The notes beneath the pieces were generated by a model. The model was given only the letters and a program-made list of their open reading frames with translations, was not told the origin of the DNA and did no database searches. Shown here one piece after another: positions 1 through 13,045 of a stretch of 64,000 nt of DNA (the stretch's first letter is position 1; the number at the start of each line of letters is the position of its first letter). This DNA is from Eledone cirrhosa (lineage: Eukaryota), in NCBI GenBank assembly GCA_964016885.1, contig OZ024756.1, positions 2,790,001-2,854,000 of the forward strand, read 5' to 3'. The translations under genes and the position numbers were made by a program.

Positions 1-24
1 TATATATATATATATATATATATA

Positions 25-139
25 GCGAAGGAAAAGTGGTAAGGAACCAGGTGGACCATAACGCACCAAAGTACTCAATACTCAGTACAGAATTAGCCGG
101 CGAAACGGCTTGAGCTCAGCCGTCGGGGTCTTACTTACT

Positions 140-141
<2 letters not shown>
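25..141 (-). mobile_element. Short (TA)n-inserted element, family F1: 3' tail plus inverted hammerhead 3' half
   Basis: Related copies at 10013-10143, 55774-55888 and 60043-60143. On + it reads GAAACGGCT-TGAGCTC-AGCCGTC-GGGGTC (hammerhead stem III plus GUC), with no CTGATGA half. Confidence 0.65.
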
Positions 142-202
<61 letters not shown>

Positions 203-205
<3 letters not shown>

Positions 206-1176
206 GGAAACATTCTCCCAACTTGGAGAAAACTTATAAGGAAACAATTGTTTGAAAGAGAGATATATTTTAATTTTAATTATATCTCATATAAAATAAT
301 ACAACTGGCTTTCCACAAAATACATATAGTTAGCACCCCAAACACAAAATTGGGATTATACTAACGTATATCCTAATGTTTGTAGTGTGAGATGGTAGCC
401 AGTCAGAGTTTAGCTTAAAGCTTTCTCTGTTATTGTATTAAATATTTGATTTGGCCAGAGAATTATATTTCCAGATACCTTTTAAACGTAACTTTCCGTA
501 TTTATTACTGTTATGAGATATTGTTTGTTATTTAGGTATCACTTCTCTGTTTTTAGCCTAAGAAAATATCTATATGCGTGTGTAATTAATACATGCATAC
601 ATTTATTTTTTTAAAATTAATTGAGTTCTTAACACGCAGGATTGATATTGTTTTTAAAAAAACTAATTAACCCACGTGTATATTATTTTACTTTCTTGTG
701 ATTCGCGATTGCCTCCCTTTTCCACTTCGTGACGCTGTGAAATTCCTCAGTCTAAAGACTGCTGGAATTTCAAATTTGGCGGTCATTTGATGCGTGAAGG
801 GACGACTTAGCAGACCCGAAAAATAACTGCGGTAAGGAATTTTTTCTTATATCAAAGTTTAATGGGCATCCACTGATGATTTATAAGTGCCCACCTGCAT
901 GTGTTCCTACAGAAAAATATGTAGGCTTCTACATAAACCGGAAACATTCTCCCAACTTGTAGAAAACTTATAATGAAACAATTGTTTGGAAAGAGAGATA
1001 TATTTTAATTTTAATTATATCTCATAAAAAATAATACAACTGGCTTTCCACAAAATACATATAGTTAGCACCCCAAACACAAAATTGGGATTATACTAAC
1101 GCATATCCTAATGTTTGTTGAGTGAGATGGTAGCCAGTCAGAATTTAGCTTAAAGCTATCTCTGTTATTGTATTAA

Positions 1177-1177
<1 letters not shown>
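203..1177. mobile_element. (TA)n-flanked element with ~240 bp terminal direct repeats (family F2)
   Basis: 204-442 is repeated at 937-1177 (offset ~733). A diverged inverted copy lies at ~17087-17510. Confidence 0.7.
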
Positions 1178-1226
<49 letters not shown>

Positions 1227-1436
1227 GTTTAAATTTGGTGGTTTACCACTGGGTAGAATTGATCATTCTGCAATGTTAAGCATGATGTAATATGAGAAAA
1301 GCACTCGACTTTATGCAACTCATCCATCTTCAATGTTGAATCATGTTGGTGGTGACGTAACGTAGTAAATGTATTATAAAGTGAAATGACAGGAGGCCAA
1401 ATATATTTAATTTCCATAGTTTTTTATTACTGTAAA

Positions 1437-1493
1437 CACTATACACATTTCAGTGGTCGGGTTGCGTAAGAAGCAGGTGACCTCATCAGGTGT
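1437..1493 (-). ncRNA. Degenerate type I hammerhead ribozyme
   Basis: Minus strand: ACAC-CTGATGA-GGTC...GACC-act-GAAA-TGTGTA-TA-GTGT. There are three extra bases before GAAA. Confidence 0.55.
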
Positions 1494-1640
1494 AAATTGC
1501 GTAATAGATGTATATCAACGGTATGATGGCAGACTTTAAGGAAACAAGCAAAGAAAAACAAAGAGGAAAGTGCGTGTGCTTTGCTTTTGACACTTCATAA
1601 TATACATACATATACATATATGTATATATATATGTATATA

Positions 1641-1685
<45 letters not shown>

Positions 1686-1698
1686 ATATACATATATG

Positions 1699-1730
<32 letters not shown>

Positions 1731-1734
1731 TAGG

Positions 1735-1814
<80 letters not shown>

Positions 1815-2067
1815 TACATATATGTATATATATATGTATATATATATATATATATTTAAATATAAGTATGTATACGTACATACATATATGTATACAGACG
1901 TACTGTAGTATGTATATATATATACATACATGCACACATATATATATGTAAGTATGGATTCACCGAACATTTATTATAATGCTCGGTGTGTTTGTAAACA
2001 AACATCCCGTATTATGCCGTAGTGTCTAGCAACCATCGTTGCTCATTTGTTCAACACTGACAAAGGA

Positions 2068-2110
2068 ACGCTGTACTAGTTTCAAGCTTATTAGCTATCG
2101 TCAGCAACGT
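2068..2110 (-). ncRNA. Minimal type I hammerhead ribozyme
   Basis: Minus strand: ACGTTG-CTGACGA-tAGCT-AATA-AGCTt-GAAA-CTAG-TA-CAGCGT. Stem III carries the palindrome CTAG. Confidence 0.75.
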
Positions 2111-2186
2111 ATACGTTCCTGCCAGATGGTTGAACGTCTGAAAGTATATACTTTCCTTATACATATATGTATATATATATATATAT

Positions 2187-2267
<81 letters not shown>

Positions 2268-2286
2268 CATATATATATATATATAT

Positions 2287-2461
<175 letters not shown>

Positions 2462-2466
2462 CATAC

Positions 2467-2638
<172 letters not shown>

Positions 2639-3097
2639 ACCTGCGTATATTTAATGACCTGTTCAGTTATAACATGTTATAATATGTACATACACACATG
2701 AACAATGTCACATCCATGCACCAACCGTCCGCCATTTACAATGAATTTATTTCGAAACTAAAACCTTTTTGTTCTAAAATATTTAGAAATATCTTCAGAC
2801 AATACGGAGCTCTCCTTCTGGTAGCACCCAGTACACCCCACAGCAGGCTTTTTACAACTTCGTAATATTTATGTTTTTCTATACATATTTATATTTATAT
2901 TATATTTCCTATATATATACTCATATACTTACATTTGTTTATATATTATATATATATATGTATTATTTATATATATTTCTTATAGATTATATATATGTAC
3001 ACATATATATATATAAACATATATATATATGTGTGGGTGGGTGTGTGTATATATATGTGTGTGTATATGTATATATATATATATATATAATATAATG

Positions 3098-3144
<47 letters not shown>

Positions 3145-3716
3145 TGCGCTTTGTACTAGATCACATTGTAAGCGACTCCAGGCAGTTTTCAACAAAACTT
3201 CACCAACCTGAACAGATGGACATTCTCTGTTCCATATTTTATACACCAAGATATACATACACATACATGCATACATATATACATACATACATATATACAT
3301 ACATAGATACATACATACACACATACATACATACACAGATATATACATAAATACATATATACATACATACACACATACATACATAAATACATATATACAT
3401 ACACACATACATACATACACATGCACGTGGGTGAGTGCATGTTTATGTGCACTTAGTTAGAAGGCAAATTACATGCATTAAATATAACATTCTTTTAGAA
3501 GACTAAAGCCGCAGCATTATGTTGCAAAGCGACAAAGCAAGAAACGAAGAAACCGACAAACACACATCATATGTTGGCTGTTATTGAAGTTAAGGGATGC
3601 CAGAAGCGAAAATGGCGTATAGAAAGAAAGAGGAAAGGAAGGAAAGAAGGAAAGTAATAAAGATGCCAGAGTGTTAATTAACGTTTTAATTATTCTATAC
3701 TCAAATGACATTGAAA

Positions 3717-4430
3717 GCACGTGACTTGGTGGCTTAGTGTATTCTTCTCACAATCGTAAGGACGTGAGTTCGATTCCCGGTGGTGAATTAAGTCCTTGAG
3801 AAATACTCTTTATTTCACAATGATCCAGTCAACTGTGTCCTTGAGCAAGACACTTTATTTCACGTTGATCCAGTTCACTGTGTCCTTAAACAAAACACTT
3901 TATTTCACGTTACTCCAGTCCATTGTGTCCTTAAGCAAGACACTTTATTTCAGGTTGCTCCAGTCCTCTGTGTCCTTGAGCAAGACACTTTATTTCATGT
4001 GTCTCTAGTTCACTGTGTCTTTGAGCAAGACACTTTTTTTTCATGTCGATCCAGTCCACTGTGTTCTTGAGCAAAACACTTTATTTCTCGTTGCTCCAGT
4101 ACACTGTGTACTTAAGCAAGACACTTTATTTTACATTTCCCCAGTCCACTTTGTCTGCCCTTGAGCAAGTCACTTTATTTCACATTGCTCCAGTTCACTC
4201 AGCTTGCAAAAGTGATGTACCTGTAATTTGAAGGGGACCAGCCTTGTCACATTCTGTGTTTCACTCTGAATCTCTCTGACATCTAGAAAAATACATTGAT
4301 GGTAAACGTTGATAGTAAACTAGAGAACTACGTTGATGGAATGCTCAGTCTCTTGTGGGTTAATTTTCACGGGCAGGAAGTTCTGTCTATCACCTCAAGT
4401 GGAACACTCGTGGTCGTAACCGACGTAGTG
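3717..4430 (+). mobile_element. tRNA-derived SINE (family S2) with an internal 45-bp tandem expansion
   Basis: A/B-box-like head (GTGGCTTAGTG...GAGTTCGATTCCC), then ~9 copies of TGTGTCCTTGAGCAAGACACTTTATTTCACGTTGCTCCAGTCCAC. An unexpanded inverted copy lies at ~38910-39122. Confidence 0.8.
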
Positions 4431-4801
4431 CCATTTGACTCAAACGAAACACACCTTAACCAAAGCTCGAAGTTATTTCGGTGAAGAAAGTGGAAGATAT
4501 ACAGTTTTTGTAGTTCAAATTCCTTAGAGCTATACTTTGCTTAGAATTCTCTTACAATTTCATTTCAAATATTTTATTTTTCAAGTATCTTTATTTTACA
4601 CTTTAACGAAGTTGATAAAATAACTAACGGCGTCACTAACGGTATTTTTATTATTATATTGTTTTTAGTTTCAAAATGTTGATTGGTTTTATAGACGTTC
4701 GTTTGTGTTGTTGTTATTGTTGTTGTTTAACCTCGGTTCAGTCTTTACTGAACACATCTATTATCAATGACCTCCTCCCTCCTTACAAGACTATTCCCTT
4801 T

Positions 4802-5310
4802 TACGAGAGTCACCTGAAAAGTTCATAGGCTGACCAAGATACTCTCATGGAATGACCAAATGAACTTTATTTTCCACATATTCCCTGGAAAGAAACAATG
4901 GAGTTATTAAAAAGAAGAGTTGAAGTTAATGCATGCAGTATTTCACATCTCTAGCATCACTCCATCATAGGCTGACCAAGATACTCTCATGGAATGACCA
5001 AATGAGGTTTGTTTTTCAACGTAGTCCTTGGAAGGAAACAAATCAGTTATTAATAATTGTTTCTACTATTGGCACAAGGCCAGCAATTATCCAAGTGCAT
5101 TACTGGTACTTTATTTTATCGACCCCATAAGGATGAAAGGCAAAGTTAACCTCAGCGGGATTTTAACTCAGATCATAAAGGGGCGTAACTCTATGCTACA
5201 AAGCATGGCGTCCGACCCTCTACCGATATTGCCAATCCACCGCCAAATCAGTTATTAATAATAAGAGTTGAAATTAATGCATGCAAGATTTCACAGCTCT
5301 AGCATCACTC
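4802..5310. repeat. ~142-bp tandem duplication of a probable mariner-like terminal fragment; the second unit is interrupted by a SINE
   Basis: CATAGGCTGACCAAGATACTCTCATGGAATGACCAAATGA occurs at ~4824 and ~4966. The start TACGAGAG resembles mariner TIRs. Confidence 0.5.
5058..5244 (-). mobile_element. tRNA-derived SINE family S1 (Nin/Deu-like core) with an 18-bp TSD
   Basis: The minus strand carries CTTTGCCTTTCATCCTTATGGGGTCGATAAAATAAAGTACCAG. AAATCAGTTATTAATAAT is duplicated at 5040-5057 and 5245-5262. Confidence 0.85.
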
Positions 5311-6022
5311 ATTATAGTCAGTCAATGGACTTTTCCACCGACCTTCGTATTTTCAATGATGATGTGTCTAGGCTTTCACAACACAATGCGCCATTTCGTT
5401 TTTTGATGTAGGATAGTAATTGAGGGAATCTCCAGTACTATTTCCTTAAGATTGAGCAGCTATTCAGTCTCACACTTTGTTTGGAAGTGTGGTAGCCTCA
5501 TAAAATAGGTAATTAGTCTTTGACATTAATTAGTAAAAGAAATACAGTTGAAGAAATATTTTTGTTATTACAAAGCAATGTAAAACTTCTGCCACACCAC
5601 CCTCATTTATTATAAAAGTAGTAAATTAAATATTCTATTGATTTTTAGATTAAATATATATTTTACAAATGAAGGAGTTTAATATAAGATAATAACATTC
5701 TCATATCTCATAATGATAAATTTAGTGGTTTTTAATGCTGAATAACGAATGCTTTTTTAAGATTAAAAAATATTTTTTTAAGATTAAAAGATATTTTTTA
5801 ATATTTAAAAAATATTTTTTAATATTTTTTAATATTTTTTAATATTTAAAAAATATTTTTTAGTATCAAAACATATTTTTGATATTAAATAAAATTTTTA
5901 ATACTTAATATTGATTTAATGTTAAATATTAAACAATGAGGTTTAATATTAAATGATGATTTAAATATCAAATAGTGATATGATATATTACATTATATAA
6001 TTCATTCTAGCCTTATCACATA

Positions 6023-6395
6023 TTTTATTTTATCGAACCCTGAAGGATGAAAGGGAAGGTTTGAACTCGGCGGGATTTAAACTCAGGACGTAGAAAGTGA
6101 TAACTAAATTCCCCACAGGAAGTTATCCCAGATTCTACCAATACTGCCAATCTATCTGTCTCTGTAACATTAAATAATTATTTCTACATTTGACAGAGGC
6201 CAGCAATTTGAAGGGAAGGAGAAATTTGATTAAACCCACCCAGTGCGTTACTGGTACATTATTTTCACGAACCTGAAATGATGAATAGGCAAAGCTAACC
6301 TCAGCGAGATTTAAGATCACGTGGTAGAAATTCATAACTCGTATATACCTTGTCGTATTTTATCCGAGGCTCTACCGATACTGCCAATTCCTCGC
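6023..6395 (-). mobile_element. Two degenerate S1 SINE copies
   Basis: Diverged GGATGAAAGG...CTCGGCGGGATTT...CTACCGATACTGCCAAT motifs occur twice. Confidence 0.65.
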
Positions 6396-6457
6396 TGTCT
6401 GGAATATTGAATAATGGCGTTAAACCTTAAATAGGGATTACAACGAATTTTGAATTG

Positions 6458-7710
6458 AAATATTCAGTTTTAAGATTTAACTGTGGTATGTGACAATAAA
6501 TAATAATAATATAGAATTAAATAACGAGTTTTAACACGAAATATTCAGTTCTAAGATTTAACTGTAGTATGTGACATTAAATAATAATAATATAGAATTA
6601 AATAACGAGTTTTAACACGAAATATTCAGTTCTAAGATTTAACTGTGGTATGTGACATTAAATAATAATAATATAGAATTAAATAACGAGTTTTAACACG
6701 AAATATTCAGTTCTAAGATTTAACTGTGGTATGTGACATTAAATAATAATAATATAGAATTAAATAACGAGTTTTAACACGAAATATTCAGTTCTAAGAT
6801 TTAACTGTAGTATGTGACATTAAATAATAATAATATAGAATTAAATAACGAGTTTTAACACGAAATATTCAGTTCTAAGATTTAACTGTGGTATGTGACA
6901 TTAAATAATAATAATATAGAATTAAATAACGAGTTTTAACACGAAATATTCAGTTCTAAGATTTAACTGTGGTATGTGACATTAAATAATAATAATATAG
7001 AATTAAATAACGAGTTTTAACACGAAATATTCAGTTCTAAGATTTAACTGTGGTATGTGACATTAAATAATAATAATATAGAATTAAATAACGAGTTTTA
7101 ACACGAAATATTCAGTTCTAAGATTTAACTGTGGTATGTGACATTAAATAATAATAATATAGAATTAAATAACGAGTTTTAACACGAAATATTCAGTTCT
7201 AAGATTTAACTGTGGTATGTGACATTAAATAATAATAATATAGAATTAAATAACGAGTTTTAACACGAAATATTCAGTTCTAAGATTTAACTGTGGTATG
7301 TGACATTAAATAATAATAATATAGAATTAAATAACGAGTTTTAACACGAAATATTCAGTTCTAAGATTTAACTGTGGTATGTGACATTAAATAATAATAA
7401 TATAGAATTAAATAACGAGTTTTAACACGAAATATTCAGTTCTAAGATTTAACTGTGGTATGTGACATTAAATAATAATAATATAGAATTAAATAACGAG
7501 TTTTGACACGAAATATTCAGTTCTAAGATTTAACTGTGGTATGTGACATTAAATAATAATAATATAGAATTAAATAACGAGTTTTAACACGAAATATTCA
7601 GTTCTAAAATTTAACTGTAGTATGTGACATTAAATAATAATAATATAGAATTAAATAACGAGTTTTAACACGAAATATTCAGTTCTAAGATTTAACTGTG
7701 GTATGTGATA
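6458..7710. repeat. 81-bp minisatellite, ~15 near-identical copies
   Basis: CACGAAATATTCAG recurs at 6535, 6616, 6697 and onward. Confidence 0.95.
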
Positions 7711-8101
7711 TTAAATGATAATAATATAAAATTAAATAATGATTTAAAATATTAGATAAGATTAAACAATGGTTTTTAATGCTGGACATTAAATATTTGT
7801 TCACATTAAATAACGATTTTAAATATTTCATTATGATATATAACATTAAATATTGTATTTCTATCATTAGTGATATATAATACTATATATGGTATACCAT
7901 TAAATAATGGATTTCTACCATTTGTGATATATAATACTAAATATGATATAACATTAAATCATGGATTTCTATCATTAGCGATCTAAAACCCCCCATCAAA
8001 TATTTATGAAATAACATATTGTTATGTTACATTCTAAACAACAGCTGAATTAAAAAACAATTTATTTTTAATACTAAATATTATTGTATATCTTTAAATA
8101 A

Positions 8102-8253
8102 TTGTTTCTACTTTAGGCACAAGGCCAGCAATTACCCAGTGCATTACTGGTACTTTATTTTATCGACCCCTTAAGTATGAAAGGCAAAGTCAACCTCGGC
8201 GGGATTTGAACTCAGATCGTAAAGGGACGTAACTATGCTGGAAAGTATGGCGT
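8102..8253 (-). mobile_element. S1 SINE
   Basis: Same core sequence as 5058-5244. Confidence 0.85.
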
Positions 8254-8431
8254 TTATATTTAATGTATATCTTTAAATAATGATTTTCTATCATCAGAGA
8301 TACATAATACTAAATATAATTTTATGACATTAAATAATGGATTTCTACCATCAGAGATATTTATAATTAAATATGATTTTATAACATTAAATAGTAATTT
8401 TCTACCATCAGAGATATTTAAAACTAAATAC

Positions 8432-9180
8432 AACCAGTAAATTGCTCAAGTTAGAGAGTTTGTATATATCTCGATCACAAACTATTATCAAACAACAATG
8501 CAGTGGTTGCTGCGCAATATCGAATCTATGCTTGGCAGCTTTCAACAAAAACAAGGAAGTACTAACATCAAAACGAGTTTCCTATCATTTGAAGGCTAAG
8601 ATCTTTGATATTTACATCGTACCAGTTGTGTTATATGGTCTTGACTGTGTTAATTGGACAACAAGGTCACTTCAGAAGCTCTCTACATCCCAGAATACAC
8701 ATCAGGAGACTTATGACTGGCAAGCGGCTCAGCGACCGTATCTGTATCAGTGAGCTGCTCAACATTACCAAACTTAGACCAATTACATCAATTGTCCAGT
8801 CAAGAGTATTCAAAACCCTACGGTCATATAAAAAGATCAACTTGTCGTGTGAGTAGGTTATGCTTGGAAGGAAGATTGGCTGGTAAGAGAAGCAGAGGCC
8901 GGCAGCCAAAACGATGGCTTGATAATGTCAATTTATGGACTGGACTTGATCTTTGCTCTTTAAACTCTGCTGCTGGTGATCGAAAGGTATTATATATTCC
9001 CGGAAGTAAGATTGGCTGGTAAGAGAAGCAGTGGCCGGCAGCCAAAACGATGACTTGACAATGTCAATTTATGGACAGGACTTGATCTTTGTTCTTTGAA
9101 CTCTGCTGCTGGTGATCGAACTTTATGAAGAGAGATATCACATGTTAATGCGCAGTCTGCAACTGGCGGAGTTTAGCATC
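8432..9180 (+). pseudogene. Decayed RTE-like LINE 3' fragment with an internal ~135-bp duplication
   Basis: Frameshifted peptides KIFDIYIVPVVLYG and LEGRLAGKRSRGRQPKRWLDNV are typical of the RTE ORF C-terminus. Confidence 0.75.
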
Positions 9181-10012
9181 ACAAGAAAAGATATAACATT
9201 AAATAGTAATTTTCTATTATTAGGTATATTTAAAACTAAATATGATTTTATAACTCCCAATAATGATTTAGTATCATTAAATAGTGATTCTATATATACT
9301 ATTATATTTTCATGGTAAAGGCTTTATTTCAAATAATTATCTCATATACTATCGAATCTATGAGATTTTGAAAGTATTTATTTTGAGAACAATACCTTAA
9401 CATCAGTTTGAACGGCCTGTTACAGCCAGTTTGAACAGAAAGAGGTAGAGAATTCTGTGCGGTTTGGGCCGGTTTGAACGTTAAAGGGTTAAACTAAACA
9501 ATAATACTTATGTTATTGGTATATTTATTTTAATGTCCCCGTAGCAATTATTAACGTTTTCATCATCAACGAATAACTGGGCTAAGTAGAGGGGGAGTAC
9601 ACTAGTTACTTATTACTGTGTGTATAAATATAATATGTATTTCTTAAAAGAAGCGTGGCGAAACAACGTAGATAGTTCATCTGTCTAATGTATGTTACTG
9701 AAACCAGTGGCTTTGTGCAACAAATCTACGTACAGACCTTGAATTGTTTAATGATAGAGGGCAGTGTGAAATATCGCTTAATTGATAAGGTATCTAAATA
9801 TCAGGCCACAGAGAGCAATGCACTTGTAATGATTTTATGTTGATCTTTAAAAAATCATAGGCTCTTCCCACTCACGCGTGTATCAGTTCTATATGGCTTC
9901 CGTTATATTTGTATCTATATATTATAGGATGCAACGAATTGGTAGAGATGTTAGACTATCAGATAGACTGTTTCACGGCAATGAAATATATATATATATA
10001 TATATATATATA

Positions 10013-10143
10013 GGAAAATATTTAACCCCGACGGCAGAGCTCAAGCCGTTTCGACGGCTAATTGTGGACCCACTCTACTACCCTAAGTATTGAGTACTCT
10101 GGTGCGTTATGGTCCATCTGGTTCCTTGCCACACATCCTTCGT
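10013..10143 (+). mobile_element. Family F1 element
   Basis: Reverse-complement homologue of 25-141, flanked by (TA)n. Confidence 0.7.
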
Positions 10144-10175
10144 TATATATATATATACATATATATATATACATA

Positions 10176-10692
10176 TATAAGATCAAAAGATGGTTAAAGG
10201 AGTTCCATGTATTTTATTATGCGCATTTCAAAAACAAACATCATCATGCAATAATATTTGTGTTTTCATCAGATAAAACAGGAGAACATGATATGAAGGC
10301 TAAAAAACACTTGTGGATAGTGCAGTTTTAAATCAACATATGAAAAGTGGTTTTAGATTGATGTGTGATATTGGGAAAAATATTTCATCTAAATAAAATA
10401 TTTTTCCCAATATCACACATCAATCTAAAACCACTTTTCATATGTTGATTTAAAACTGCACTATCCACAAGTGTTTTTTAGCCTTCATATCATGTTCTCC
10501 TGTTTTATCTGATGAAAACACAAATATTATTGCATGATGATGTTTGTTTTTGAAATGCGCATAATAAAATACATGGAACTCCTTTAACCATCTTTTGATC
10601 TTATATTATGTATACTCCAGTCCTACAAACTGTAGAGTGCTTCTTATCCGATATCTGCATTGCTTTATTGTACTACAATAAAACTCACCTCC
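10176..10692 (+). mobile_element. Palindromic hammerhead element: ~210-bp inverted arms plus a unique 3' tail
   Basis: 10176-10385 is the reverse complement of 10396-10605, with a 10-nt spacer. The tail runs to ~10692, and the element is flanked by (TA)n. Confidence 0.9.
10502..10571 (+). ncRNA. Type I hammerhead ribozyme (mirror copy on - at 10210-10279)
   Basis: GTTTTAT-CTGATGA-AAACACAAAT...ATGTTTGTTTTT-GAAA-TGCGCA-TA-ATAAAAT. Stem III carries the palindrome TGCGCA. Confidence 0.8.
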
Positions 10693-10726
10693 TACATATA
10701 TATACATATATATATGTATAAATATA

Positions 10727-10781
<55 letters not shown>

Positions 10782-10790
10782 CGCACACAT

Positions 10791-10829
<39 letters not shown>

Positions 10830-10848
10830 ATATATACATATTATATAT

Positions 10849-10897
<49 letters not shown>

Positions 10898-10925
10898 CAT
10901 ATATATATGTATATATATATATATG

Positions 10926-10972
<47 letters not shown>

Positions 10973-10974
10973 CA

Positions 10975-11053
<79 letters not shown>

Positions 11054-11461
11054 ATTGTTATACTTTGGGAGGGTCATACTGCCAATTAAAACACACGCAC
11101 TCTTTGTTTTTCACTTCAATTTATAATTATAATTTCCCATCGGTTAGTTTCATAAGCGATTGGTTGTTAATGTTCAAAGCTCTTTCGTCACACATCATGT
11201 GACCTGTTCAGTGAATACTCTCGTTACTTGTTGTCTCCTATTTGTTCTGTTTTACACCATCTTGTCTATAGTATCAGTATTTAACTTTGTAATATATATA
11301 AGAAATATGACTATTCTTAAGAGAACTCTTTCATGGCAAGACACTGAAAATCAAGACAATAATCGTAGGACATATTTCTGTGACATTGTGTTGTAAGATA
11401 GTACATAAGCTTGTGCGTTTACAAAACACACACAGACACACATGGACATACATTCTCCCTC

Positions 11462-11563
<102 letters not shown>

Positions 11564-11618
11564 ACATATATATATATATATATATAGATATATATGTATA
11601 TAGATATGTATATATAGG

Positions 11619-11677
<59 letters not shown>

Positions 11678-11729
11678 ATTTAAAACTGCACTATCCACAA
11701 GTGTTTTTAATCTTCATATCATGTCTTCC

Positions 11730-11800
11730 TATTTTATCTGATGAAAACACAAATGTTATTGCATGATGATATTTGTTTTTGAAATGCGCATAATAAAATA
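11730..11800 (+). ncRNA. Type I hammerhead ribozyme, same family as 10502, in a solo arm at 11672-11830
   Basis: TATTTTAT-CTGATGA-AAACACAAATGTTAT...ATGATATTTGTTTTT-GAAA-TGCGCA-TA-ATAAAATA. Confidence 0.8.
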
Positions 11801-11830
11801 CATGGAACTCATTTAACCATCTTTTGATAT

Positions 11831-11906
<76 letters not shown>

Positions 11907-11936
11907 TTATACATACATACATATGCACACACACAA

Positions 11937-12065
<129 letters not shown>

Positions 12066-12880
12066 AGTAAGTTTCAATTTACAAAATGTTGAGTATATAT
12101 ATTTGTATTTCTGGAGACGAAATCTTCAAGAGAAAGTAGTTATTGAAGTATATGAGATTCATGTGTTAAAACTTCTCCAAGTAAAATCCATAAATTGGAG
12201 TGCTGGAATATTCTATTTATTCTAAGAATATTGAACAGTAATAACAATACACAGTTTTCAATTGTCACAATCTTGTTTAGTTGATAACATTGTAAGTTGT
12301 ATTGAGAAAACAATTTAGCTAGTTTTTTTTCTTTTTTGTTTCATATCAATTTTGTCTCTTTGTTTTTTTAAAGAAAAAAACATCCTTAACTGAATGTTCA
12401 GGGTTGTTCGATATCGATTATATATATAGATGCTGCATCCGATACGCCCACCCCCCACACAAACACGCACAAACACACACAAACACACACAAGCACACAC
12501 AAACACACACAAACACACATAAACTCGTACGCAGAAACACACGTTATATGTATGTATATGTATAGAGAGAGAGATTCAGATGTGTCTACATGTGAGCGTG
12601 TGTCCGGATATATAGGCAGTGTGCAGTTATCTGCGAGTGTGTGTATGTGTGTGCATCTGTACATTGCTTTGGCATTTACAAAGTATTTATTATGCAGAAA
12701 AAGTGACATTGCCTATGGTTACAAGACCATTTTGGTGTATGACATTCGTTTGAGTGCCAGTATGAATTAACGTCATGCTGCACGTGATAACCAAAATCTC
12801 TTGTGATGACTATGAAGTTTTGTAAAATATAAACAAAATTCTACGGACGAAAAGATGAACTTGGTGAAGTATTTATGAAA

Positions 12881-12926
12881 TGATTAATTCCGATGAATTC
12901 CACGAGGATGAAACAATTGTAAATCA
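12881..12926 (+). ncRNA. Hammerhead-like motif with a U4C core change
   Basis: ATT-CCGATGA-ATTC-CACGA-GGAT-GAAA-CAATTG-TA-AAT. Stem III carries the palindrome CAATTG. Confidence 0.55.
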
Positions 12927-13045
12927 AATTATGATGTCAATAGATGTTAGGTAACATATTTTAATGAATAATTTGCTCTACGTGTAAATAATCTAACACA
13001 ATAGGAAATCATATAAATAAAATATATATATATATATATATATAA

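Noticed and set aside
2735-2805. Minus-strand CTGAAGA...GAAA
   Set aside because: No pairing stem I or valid stem III was found.
3142-3250. Possible Tc1/mariner transposase C-terminal remnant
   Set aside because: Too short to support.
3717-3785. tRNA-like A/B boxes
   Set aside because: This is a SINE head, not a full cloverleaf tRNA.
6458-7710. Regular arrays (81, 45, 30 and 28 bp) as possible CRISPR arrays
   Set aside because: They are head-to-tail units with no unique spacers, no cas genes, and a eukaryotic context.
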